A stretch of DNA of 24,000 bases, taken from assembly GCA_050180705.1 (NCBI GenBank), contig JBFXDX010000005.1, positions 106,006 through 130,005 on the forward strand, read 5' to 3'. Of this stretch, positions 16,188 to 23,660 are shown piece by piece. The translations under genes and the position numbers were made by a program. Under the pieces are notes generated by a model that was given only the letters and a program-made list of their open reading frames with translations, had not been told where the DNA came from and did not search any database. How positions within the stretch are numbered: the first letter of the stretch is position 1; each line of letters opens with the position of its first letter. The stretch comes from Bacteroidales bacterium (GTDB lineage Bacteria > Bacteroidota > Bacteroidia > Bacteroidales > Tenuifilaceae).

Positions 16188-16648
16188 TTCTTCTTCTGAA
16201 AGATTTAAATTCTTTTCGAACCGTTTGTGGTCAGGAGCATATTTTCCTTGATGTTTCTCAAAAATGCTTTGCTGTAACCAAGTTGGCAGAATTGATGAGT
16301 TTTTTAAACTATCAACTAGAAGTTCTTCCTTACTAATTAATCTGTTTTGTAAATCTTTAGGCGTTTCAATAGGTCGGTTTCGATTAAATCCTTCAAACCA
16401 ATATAGAACATTATCATGACTTGTTTTAGTAAAACTTACAGTTTTATGCAGGAAACTCTCATATTTTTCTTTTGCAATTGGAGCATCATTATCTTTAACC
16501 CAAATACAAACTAAATAATCGGATTGGAATTCAATGTTTTCAATATTTTTGGCAAAGTGTCATTTTCTCCATATACCTCAAATTTATCGACATTTATTTC
16601 GATTGATTCAATAATTAGTTTGACTAGTTGGTTTAGACTATCTTTCAT
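16188..16648 (-). pseudogene. Orphaned 5' portion of the methyltransferase gene, split by a 1-nt frame change
   Basis: Hand translation shows that the methyltransferase frame continues start-less from 16187 up to 16559 (HFAKNIENIEFQSDYLVCIWVKDND...EEELRVYLGTYF). A 45-codon ATG ORF (16511..16648, MKDSLNQLVKLIIESIEINVDKFEVYGENDTLPKIL...) begins 2 nt after the DUF1848 stop, in the adjacent frame. The two frames overlap only in 16514..16559, which contains an A5 run (T5 on the plus strand, 16546-16550). One extra A there would give a continuous 435-codon gene spanning 15342..16648. Confidence 0.65.
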
Positions 16649-16650
16649 TT

Positions 16651-17739
16651 TTATCTTCCTGTAATAGTTTCAGACAATTCGCTAGTGTTTTTAATATAAT
16701 TATAATTTTCTGAAACAACTCTTTTGCTCGTATTGGCATAGCAATATTCGCACAAATGAAGGCAAGTATTATATTCCCCAATATCTTTACTAAAAATACA
16801 ACCACAAAGTTCACGTTGTCCTTTATCTTTAATATTCTTTTTCTTAATAATCTGAGGTTGTGTATTGAAAAATAAATCAGCATTTACTTTCTCCACGCCT
16901 AAAAAATCCATAAGGATTCTATCGTTTGAGAAGAGCTTAATCATTAAATCATCATCCACGCACTTATTGTGTTTAATGCCATATTTTTCAAGTGGTATTT
17001 TTTCTGCACAAGTTCCAATCTCAAAATTCCAATTTTTATTAAGTTGCTGGAGCCCTATGGCAAAATCATCCATTAGTCTCTCATTAAATTCTTGATATTT
17101 AATAGAGTTCTTTCTAAGGTTGTTTTGAACTTTTTTATAAAGGTTTATGTCTGCAAAGCTAAAAACCATTTTTTCGGTATGATTCTTTAGTTGGTTTCCT
17201 ATGTTCTCAACTTTTCTCAAAAGTTCATCTACTCCAATCGTATCAGTTAGTATTAAGGGGTCAAATCTCCATATTACTTTGCTCCTACCAATCTTTTCGG
17301 AAAGTTCAATAAAGGTTTCTATTCTTGAATTTACATTGGGAACATTAGGCTCAAGTTTTTCCTTGTCGTAATCATTGAGGGTAAACTGGAAATAATAATT
17401 TATTCTCTTCTCGTCAATAACACCAAGATGCTTGATGATTGGTTTGGGGTTTTTCGACCAGAATACAATTAGCCTTGCTTTACTGAACGAAACATAAAGA
17501 GGAACACCATTAAAAGGATTTTTCCATTTTACATATCCTTCATTTATCCTTTGAATCAACCAATCGGAGTAAAATGCGGGTATATCAGTTGAACGGCTAG
17601 CAGATATAATAATTGGGGCTTGAGCATCAACAACTTCACCATCTTTCTTCTTAATTTTTATCTTGTCCCAATTCATTCGATATGCTGTTAGTTCACGTAA
17701 AAATACAAAAAGATTAAGTGTTACAAAAGAAATTTTCAT
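16651..17739 (-). CDS. DUF1848-like protein with a C-terminal Cys cluster (putative Fe-S / radical-SAM-related)
   Basis: IIISASRSTDIPAFYSDWLIQRINEGYVKWKNPFNG, YYFQFTLNDY, VIWRFDPLILTD and the C-terminal CGCIFSKDIGEYNTCLHLCEYCYAN match the DUF1848 family pattern as I remember it. The likelier start is the internal ATG at 17676 (MNWDKIKIKKKDG...). The 17739 ATG adds a hydrophobic 21-aa leader, although it directly abuts the stop of the upstream 88-aa ORF (TAAATG). Confidence 0.8.
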   Translation of the reverse strand: MKISFVTLNLFVFLRELTAYRMNWDKIKIKKKDGEVVDAQAPIIISASRSTDIPAFYSDWLIQRINEGYVKWKNPFNGVPLYVSFSKARLIVFWSKNPKPIIKHLGVIDEKRINYYFQFTLNDYDKEKLEPNVPNVNSRIETFIELSEKIGRSKVIWRFDPLILTDTIGVDELLRKVENIGNQLKNHTEKMVFSFADINLYKKVQNNLRKNSIKYQEFNERLMDDFAIGLQQLNKNWNFEIGTCAEKIPLEKYGIKHNKCVDDDLMIKLFSNDRILMDFLGVEKVNADLFFNTQPQIIKKKNIKDKGQRELCGCIFSKDIGEYNTCLHLCEYCYANTSKRVVSENYNYIKNTSELSETITGR

Positions 17740-18006
17740 TTAGAAGATGATAAAATACCATCCCATGAATTGAGTTTCAGCATCACCCAATTTCCCAACC
17801 CAAAGTTGATACCTTATTATATAAGCAGATTTTCCAATCATAAAATTATTATTTTTATTTTTATCAAAAACCTGCATATCAATTATATAGCAAGTATTGA
17901 CTTGATGTAATGTCACTATAAATGACCAAGGTATCAATAAGCTGTCAACTCCACCACTTAAACTAACACACTGTCTATCATGTATATAATAAACAAATTT
18001 TATCAT
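17740..18006 (-). CDS. Small hypothetical protein (88 aa)
   Basis: The ORF is co-directional with the DUF1848 gene and immediately upstream of it, and it is not antisense to any larger ORF. The composition is aromatic-rich with no recognisable motif. Its coding status is uncertain. Confidence 0.35.
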   Translation of the reverse strand: MIKFVYYIHDRQCVSLSGGVDSLLIPWSFIVTLHQVNTCYIIDMQVFDKNKNNNFMIGKSAYIIRYQLWVGKLGDAETQFMGWYFIIF

Positions 18007-18130
18007 CCATAATTTTTTTTTTCTGAAAATTAAACTTTTAATTAATGGTTAGATATATAAAGCATCTAGTTCGAGCTGGAAACCTTACCTGATTCTAGAA
18101 AGGGTAAGACCAAAAAATAATTTAATACCA

Positions 18131-18298
18131 ATGAGTTATGAAGGTGATGCTTATAAAGAAGTTTATTCACGAGCAAAGTTAAGTCCTGAAGAAATAAGGC
18201 AATTCAATTTCTTCAAAGATTGTTCGGATGCTGAGGTTAATGAAATAGCCGAAAAAATGTTTGATTTAGCAGTATTAGTAAAAATAATAATGGATTAA
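18131..18298 (+). CDS. Small ORF (55 aa) immediately upstream of the serine recombinase
   Basis: This ORF is not in the ORF track because it is under 60 aa. Hand translation gives MSYEGDAYKEVYSRAKLSPEEIRQFNFFKDCSDAEVNEIAEKMFDLAVLVKIIMD, with the stop 3 nt before the recombinase ATG at 18302. The tight spacing suggests co-expression. Function is unknown. Confidence 0.3.
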   Translation: MSYEGDAYKEVYSRAKLSPEEIRQFNFFKDCSDAEVNEIAEKMFDLAVLVKIIMD

Positions 18299-18301
18299 AG
18301 T

Positions 18302-19954
18302 ATGGATGATTTAAGTAGATTTAGAAAATTTGTGAAAATTAAGCCAACGTCAAAAAATGTTGGAAATAAGAATGTTTGGCTCTATACACGAGTGTCCTCC
18401 TCGAACCAAACAGACAATTACTCCCTCGAATATCAAAAAGAAGAAGCCTATAAGTACGCACAAAGTAAGGGCTTAACAATTACTGATGTGTTCGGAAACA
18501 CAAACGAATCCGCTTCGGACGACTTTACCCGAAAAGAATTCACAGAACTTATACAAAGAGTTCGAAGGTCAAAGTCCAAACCCCATGCAATTCTTGTTTA
18601 TGTGATGAACAGGTTTAGCAGGACAGGAGGCAATGCAATTGCAATTGCAACAGAACTAGTAGATGAACTGGGTGTTAATTTAATTGAAGTGTCAAGCGGA
18701 GTCGACACATCAACAAAAGAGGGAAGAAATATTATCCATCAAAAATTATTAGAAGCTAATAAGCAGAATCTGGATAGATTAAGTCACACTTTGCCTGGAA
18801 TGAAAAAATTAATTCAATCGGGTAAAAATTTAGGTAAAGTTCCATTTGGTTATGACGTATTTGGCCCAAAGGTGGCTGATTTTGAGAAACGAAGTATCGT
18901 GCAAAAAATAGTGATTAATGAAGATGGGAAAAAACTTAGAATGGCATGGGAATGGAAAGCACAAGGGATGCCCGACTATAAGATTATTGAAAATTTAAAA
19001 ACCTTGGGCATAGTAATAAGAAAACAGAAGCTTAGTGCTATCTGGAAGAAGGCTTTCTATTGTGGGATTCAGACCAATGCATTGCTTGAAGGAATATGTA
19101 TTAAGGGGAACTGGGAGCCCCTTATAAGTGAAGAATTATTTTGGAAAGTTCAATCAATGCTAAATAAAAACCATCACGGCTATACAGTTGTAAAAGAATC
19201 CGAAGAGAGGCCGCTATCTGGTTTTATATATTGTTCAAAATGTGGGAAAAAGTTAACTGGATACCATAATAAAAAGAAGAATCTTCACTACTATAAGTGC
19301 CAGACCTGTAAATCTGTCTCAATGAATGCAAGTACTCCAAAGAGATACCCAAATCATATTGGCGCAAACAATTTGTTTGTAGAAGTTCTAGCTCTCCTTA
19401 ATTTAGAGCCTAAATATGAAAAATTGTTTGAGTTGCAGTTAAAAAAAATATTCAATTGCTTTGAGGACTCTGAAAAGCAGGAAATAGCCATTTTCAGAAA
19501 GCAACTTGCAGAACTAGAGAAAAAGAAGAACTCACTAGAAGAGCGGTATGCTTTTGGAAACATTGAAAAAGAAATTTACGACAAGTACAGGACTAAAATT
19601 GAAGAAGAAATACTTGATTTAAGAACTAAATACGAAATACCCCAAATTGACACATCTAACTTTAGAGTGGGTCTAAATAAAGCATTGTCGTTTATTCAGA
19701 ATATCAGTAAATATTGGCTTTCAACAAGTGTATTAAACAAAGAGAGAATACAAAAATTACTGTTCCCTCAGGGATTAACATTAGATGTAGAAAAAAGGCA
19801 ATATCTAACCTCAGAAGTAAATACTTTGTTTATGTTAAAGTTAGATTTAATGGGACTTACAGAAGAGGACAAAAAGAAACTCCCCATCGTTTTTGATGGG
19901 GAGTCCGATTTAGTAGCGGGGACAGGACTCGAACCTGTGGCCTTTGGGTTATGA
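18302..19954 (+). CDS. Large serine recombinase (serine integrase)
   Basis: The N-terminal resolvase domain carries the catalytic Ser context VWLYTRVSSSNQ, plus SLEYQ and MNRFSRTG. A recombinase domain (PFGYDV) follows, then a zinc ribbon (CSKCGKKLTGY...YYKCQTC) and a coiled-coil (LAELEKKKNSLEERYAFGNIEKEIYDKYRTKIEEEILDLRTK). The last roughly 13 codons (VAGTGLEPVAFGL) are encoded by the antisense strand of the tRNA gene. Confidence 0.9.
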   Translation: MDDLSRFRKFVKIKPTSKNVGNKNVWLYTRVSSSNQTDNYSLEYQKEEAYKYAQSKGLTITDVFGNTNESASDDFTRKEFTELIQRVRRSKSKPHAILVYVMNRFSRTGGNAIAIATELVDELGVNLIEVSSGVDTSTKEGRNIIHQKLLEANKQNLDRLSHTLPGMKKLIQSGKNLGKVPFGYDVFGPKVADFEKRSIVQKIVINEDGKKLRMAWEWKAQGMPDYKIIENLKTLGIVIRKQKLSAIWKKAFYCGIQTNALLEGICIKGNWEPLISEELFWKVQSMLNKNHHGYTVVKESEERPLSGFIYCSKCGKKLTGYHNKKKNLHYYKCQTCKSVSMNASTPKRYPNHIGANNLFVEVLALLNLEPKYEKLFELQLKKIFNCFEDSEKQEIAIFRKQLAELEKKKNSLEERYAFGNIEKEIYDKYRTKIEEEILDLRTKYEIPQIDTSNFRVGLNKALSFIQNISKYWLSTSVLNKERIQKLLFPQGLTLDVEKRQYLTSEVNTLFMLKLDLMGLTEEDKKKLPIVFDGESDLVAGTGLEPVAFGL

Positions 19955-19986
19955 GCCCAACGAGCTACCAACTGCTCCACCCCGCA
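19914..19986 (-). tRNA. Initiator tRNA-fMet (anticodon CAT)
   Basis: The minus strand reads TGCGGGGTGGAGCAGTTGGTAGCTCGTTGGGCTCATAACCCAAAGGCCACAGGTTCGAGTCCTGTCCCCGCTA, and I folded it by hand. The acceptor stem is 2-7/66-71 with a U1-U72 mismatch. The D stem is GAGC/GCTC with A11:U24. The anticodon stem carries three consecutive G:C pairs (GGG/CCC) flanking the loop CTCATAA. The T arm is ACAGG TTCGAGT CCTGT. These are hallmarks of a bacterial initiator tRNA, and the sequence closely resembles E. coli tRNA-fMet. CCA is not encoded; the next bases are CTA. Confidence 0.9.
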
Positions 19987-20223
19987 ATACAATATTTTTG
20001 TGTGACTTGTTATCGTTTTAGCGGGTGCAAATATAAAGTGCTTTTATGATATTACCAAATTTTATCCAAAAAAATCTCTCAAATATTACGATGTATTTAA
20101 TCTGATGGGCAATAGCATTTGTGTAACTCACAATCTTTGCTAAAATTAAATCAAAACAGAATCTTTTAAAGAACGTTTTTAGAATTCAACTATATTTGTG
20201 AGTGATTCAAAAAATAATTATCC

Positions 20224-21084
20224 GTGAGCGAAAAGAAAAAGAAAGTTCGAATATTCCGGAATCTATGGGATAAGTATCGGCTTAGCATATATAATGATCA
20301 GACTTTCGAAGAGGTTTGGCAATTTCGCCTTTCGCGAATGAATGTCTTGATTTTTTTTGGAGGATTTGCCATTGCGTTGGTTTTGGGTGTCACTGTTTTG
20401 ATAGCCTTTACGCCTATTCGAGAGTTCATTCCAGGGTATCCCGATGGTAAAACAAGAAAAGGATATGTACAGAATGCATTAAAGGTTGATTCTCTTGAGA
20501 GTGTTTTGGGTCAGTGGAAAAATTATTATTCCAATATCAATGTCATTCTGAATGGAGGAGAGCCTCAAAGTATAGAAAGTAAGCCAGATTCCTCTAAGAG
20601 ATATAAATCAATTGAATTTACAAAGTCGGAGGAGGATTCGCTGCTTCGTATGCAAATTGAGGCTGACGAGATGTATAACTTGTCGTTCAACTATGCTGAT
20701 AATTCCAAGTCAAGTGCTTCTTTTTTTATACCACCAGTAAAAGGTGTAGTTACCAATCAGTATAATCCTAGAATTGATCATTATGGAATTGATCTAGTGG
20801 CAGCTCCTAACGAGGTTGTTTTGGCAACTGCGAATGGAACAATTATACTATCGAACTGGACGTTGGAAACTGGCTATACGCTTGCAATTCAGCACGAGAA
20901 CAATTTTATATCAGTTTACAAGCATAATAGTAAGTTGCTGAAGCATCAAGGTGATAGGGTGAAGGCCGGGGAAGCTATTGCTATTATAGGAAATTCGGGT
21001 GAGTTAACTACTGGGCCGCATCTTCACTTCGAGTTATGGCAAAACGGAAATTCGGTTGATCCAGCAAAATTTATACATTTCTAG
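20224..21084 (+). CDS. M23 family peptidoglycan metalloendopeptidase (membrane-anchored)
   Basis: 286-aa ORF with a GTG start and an N-terminal TM segment (VLIFFGGFAIALVLGVTVLIAF). M23 zinc-site motifs are present: HYGIDLVA and GNSGELTTGPHLHFELW. Confidence 0.85.
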   Translation: MSEKKKKVRIFRNLWDKYRLSIYNDQTFEEVWQFRLSRMNVLIFFGGFAIALVLGVTVLIAFTPIREFIPGYPDGKTRKGYVQNALKVDSLESVLGQWKNYYSNINVILNGGEPQSIESKPDSSKRYKSIEFTKSEEDSLLRMQIEADEMYNLSFNYADNSKSSASFFIPPVKGVVTNQYNPRIDHYGIDLVAAPNEVVLATANGTIILSNWTLETGYTLAIQHENNFISVYKHNSKLLKHQGDRVKAGEAIAIIGNSGELTTGPHLHFELWQNGNSVDPAKFIHF

Positions 21085-21094
21085 GGAGGGGCAG

Positions 21095-22249
21095 ATGAAG
21101 AATGTTGCTATTTTAGGTTCTACGGGATCAATCGGCACACAAGCATTACAGGTTATTGAATCTCATCCCAACTTGTTTCAGGTTGAACTGCTGACCGCTC
21201 ATAACAATTGGGAATTATTAGTTGAGCAGGCATTGCGGTTCAATCCTAATATGGTAGTTATTGGTAATTCAAAAAACTATCAGGCAGTAAAGGATGCTCT
21301 TTCAAATACAGATATTAAGGTTTACACGGGAAAGGAATCGATTGTTGATGCCGTAAAATCGACCAGCATAGATGTTGTATTAACAGCATTGGTTGGATTT
21401 GCTGGTTTAGAACCAACGATATCGGCCATAGAGGCGGGGAAAACAATTGCACTGGCCAATAAGGAAACGCTTGTGGTTGCTGGCGAATTAATAACAAAGA
21501 TTGCAATCGAGAATAAGGCACCAATACTTCCTGTTGATTCGGAGCATTCGGCAATATTTCAGTGTTTGACAGGGGAGCATAGCCCAATCGAAAAGATTAT
21601 TCTTACCGCATCGGGAGGGCCTTTTAGAAGTTTTACAGCCGAACAGCTCAAAACGGTAACATCAGTTGAGGCATTAAATCACCCAAATTGGTGTATGGGG
21701 AATAAGATCACCATCGATTCGGCATCGTTGATGAATAAAGGGCTAGAGGTTATTGAGGCTAAATGGCTTTTTGGACTAAAGCCAGAACAGATAGATGTAG
21801 TTGTTCATCCGCAATCAATAATTCATTCCATGGTACAATTCGAGGATGGATCTATTAAAGCGCAAATGGGACTTCCTGATATGCGTATCCCAATTCAGTA
21901 TGCTTTAACCTATCCGTATCGGGCTAAGTCCGATTTTGCTCGATTGAACTTTATGGAGTATTCTCAGTTAACATTTGAGAAACCTGATATAGCAAGATTT
22001 CCAAACTTAGCATTAGCACATGATGCGCTAATTAAGGGAGGAAATATTCCTTGTATTTTGAATGCTGCTAACGAGGTTGTTGTGGAAGCATTTTTGCGAA
22101 ATCAAGTCAGATTTATGGAGATGTCCGACATTATTGCAGAGGTAGTTAATAGATCGGCATTTGTCCAGAATCCCACGCTTGAGGATTATGCGCAATCCGA
22201 TAGTGAAGCCAGAGTAAAAACAGTTGAAATAATATCACACAAACATTAA
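21095..22249 (+). CDS. dxr: 1-deoxy-D-xylulose 5-phosphate reductoisomerase
   Basis: MKNVAILGSTGSIGTQAL is the NADPH-binding N-terminus. LANKETLV, DSEHSAIFQC, ILTASGGPF, NHPNWCMGNKITIDSASLMNKGLEVIEA and HPQSIIHSMV are classic Dxr motifs. I place the start at the ATG at 21095 rather than the ORF-track start at 21056, which overlaps the upstream gene. Confidence 0.95.
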   Translation: MKNVAILGSTGSIGTQALQVIESHPNLFQVELLTAHNNWELLVEQALRFNPNMVVIGNSKNYQAVKDALSNTDIKVYTGKESIVDAVKSTSIDVVLTALVGFAGLEPTISAIEAGKTIALANKETLVVAGELITKIAIENKAPILPVDSEHSAIFQCLTGEHSPIEKIILTASGGPFRSFTAEQLKTVTSVEALNHPNWCMGNKITIDSASLMNKGLEVIEAKWLFGLKPEQIDVVVHPQSIIHSMVQFEDGSIKAQMGLPDMRIPIQYALTYPYRAKSDFARLNFMEYSQLTFEKPDIARFPNLALAHDALIKGGNIPCILNAANEVVVEAFLRNQVRFMEMSDIIAEVVNRSAFVQNPTLEDYAQSDSEARVKTVEIISHKH

Positions 22250-22251
22250 GG

Positions 22252-23571
22252 ATGGAAATATTAGTTAAAACAGGACAATTCCTTTTGAGCCTATCTATTC
22301 TCGTGATACTCCACGAAATGGGGCATTTTTTATTTGCAAAACTATTTGGTGCTAGAGTCGAGAAGTTTTACCTATTCTTTAACCCTTGGTTTTCGCTATT
22401 CAAGGTTAAAAAGGGCGAAACGGAATATGGTGTTGGCTGGCTGCCTTTGGGTGGATATGTTAAAATATCGGGAATGATTGATGAGTCGATGGACAAGGAG
22501 CAGATGAAGTTGCCTCCTCAGCCATATGAATTTCGTTCTAAACCTGCATGGCAACGATTATTTATTATGATAGGTGGTGTTTTGGTGAACTTTGTTCTTG
22601 CTTTGCTAATTTATAGTGCCATTCTTTTTACTTGGGGTGAGGAGTATTTGGCAACACGTAATGTAAAGTATGGAATTTCCTGTGACTCCTTGGCTGTTGA
22701 GTTGGGGTTTAGAAATGGCGATAAAGTTCTCACGGTTAGCGGACAGGAGGTTGAGAGTTTCCTTCAAATTTCGCATGATATTTTGCTTAACGAGAATCGT
22801 GAAGTTGTATTGCTACGTGGAACCGATACCGTTAAAGTAAATATTGATGAAAGTGCAGTTCCCAAGTTGATAAAGAATCCTATGATTTTTGTTCCTCGAT
22901 TTCCCTTCATTGTTGAGGAGTTAAAGCCAAACGATGTAGCAGAGAAATCTGGATTTAAGAAAGAGGACAAGTTGTTGGCAATAAACGGAGAGCCAAAGCA
23001 ATTCTTTGATGAGTTTAAGGAGGCGGTTCTGCAGAACAAAAATAAATCTATCGATGTAACAGTATTGAGAGGTGTAGACACTATCAATATACAGGTCAAT
23101 GTTCCTGAGTCAGGATCGGTGGGAATTACTCCTGTAACAGATTTGAAACGTTTTTTTGAGATTAATCAAAGAGAGTACACTTTGCTTCAGTCAATTCCAG
23201 CTGGTGTTAAACGTGGGTTTAGCACAATTCGGAGTTACTTAAAGCAGCTAAAATTATTGTTTAGTCCAGAGACAAAAGCCTACGAGTCGTTGGGTGGTTT
23301 TATAACTATTGGAAAGATTTTCCCGTCAACATGGGATTGGCAGTCTTTTTGGGCGCTAACCGCATTGCTCTCGATTATCTTGGCAATAATGAATATTCTT
23401 CCCATACCTGCGCTCGATGGAGGACATGTGCTATTTTTACTTTACGAGATGGTTACAGGACGTAAGCCTGGCGATAAATTTCTTGAATATGCACAGATTG
23501 CTGGAATGTTGATTTTGTTGGCACTACTGCTGTATGCAAATGCGAACGATGTAATTAGGTTATTTAAATAG
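22252..23571 (+). CDS. rseP: RIP (site-2) zinc metalloprotease RseP
   Basis: 439-aa ORF. It has HEMGHF (HExxH) in the first TM helix, PDZ-like central regions, and the C-terminal NILPIPALDGGH motif. It follows dxr by 2 nt, a common dxr-rseP arrangement. Confidence 0.9.
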   Translation: MEILVKTGQFLLSLSILVILHEMGHFLFAKLFGARVEKFYLFFNPWFSLFKVKKGETEYGVGWLPLGGYVKISGMIDESMDKEQMKLPPQPYEFRSKPAWQRLFIMIGGVLVNFVLALLIYSAILFTWGEEYLATRNVKYGISCDSLAVELGFRNGDKVLTVSGQEVESFLQISHDILLNENREVVLLRGTDTVKVNIDESAVPKLIKNPMIFVPRFPFIVEELKPNDVAEKSGFKKEDKLLAINGEPKQFFDEFKEAVLQNKNKSIDVTVLRGVDTINIQVNVPESGSVGITPVTDLKRFFEINQREYTLLQSIPAGVKRGFSTIRSYLKQLKLLFSPETKAYESLGGFITIGKIFPSTWDWQSFWALTALLSIILAIMNILPIPALDGGHVLFLLYEMVTGRKPGDKFLEYAQIAGMLILLALLLYANANDVIRLFK

Positions 23572-23660
23572 TTTTTGTCTAAATATTTACAGGATGATTA
23601 CGTTTATTGTAGCCGGGGTTGTTGAGGTTCCTAGAATAGTGTAATGGAGAATTTTTTGAG

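Larger units (their letters stand above)
1..19913. mobile_element. Genomic (defence) island integrated next to the 3' end of tRNA-fMet; the left end is not in the window
   Basis: A large serine recombinase gene abuts the tRNA. A few lines counted by hand gave roughly 27-30% G+C here versus roughly 33-50% to the right of the tRNA. The cargo is defence, DNA-modification and recombinase genes, all co-directional on the minus strand. I did not find a copy of the tRNA 3' segment elsewhere in the window, so the other junction is probably beyond position 1. Confidence 0.6.

Noticed and set aside
16638-17095. ORFs 16638..16883 (-) and 16865..17095 (+)
   Set aside because: Both overlap the DUF1848-like gene in other frames or on the other strand. 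The DUF1848 frame carries the conserved Cys-cluster motif in exactly this region.
19354-19992. ORFs 19354..19563 (-), 19714..19896 (+) and 19768..19992 (-)
   Set aside because: They overlap the serine recombinase gene, and the last one also overlaps the tRNA gene. The 19768..19992 ORF is simply the sense-strand translation of the tRNA and its flank.
21056-21094. ORF-track start of dxr at 21056
   Set aside because: It would overlap the M23 peptidase gene and add 13 non-conserved residues. The ATG at 21095 gives the canonical MKNVAILGSTGSIG N-terminus.
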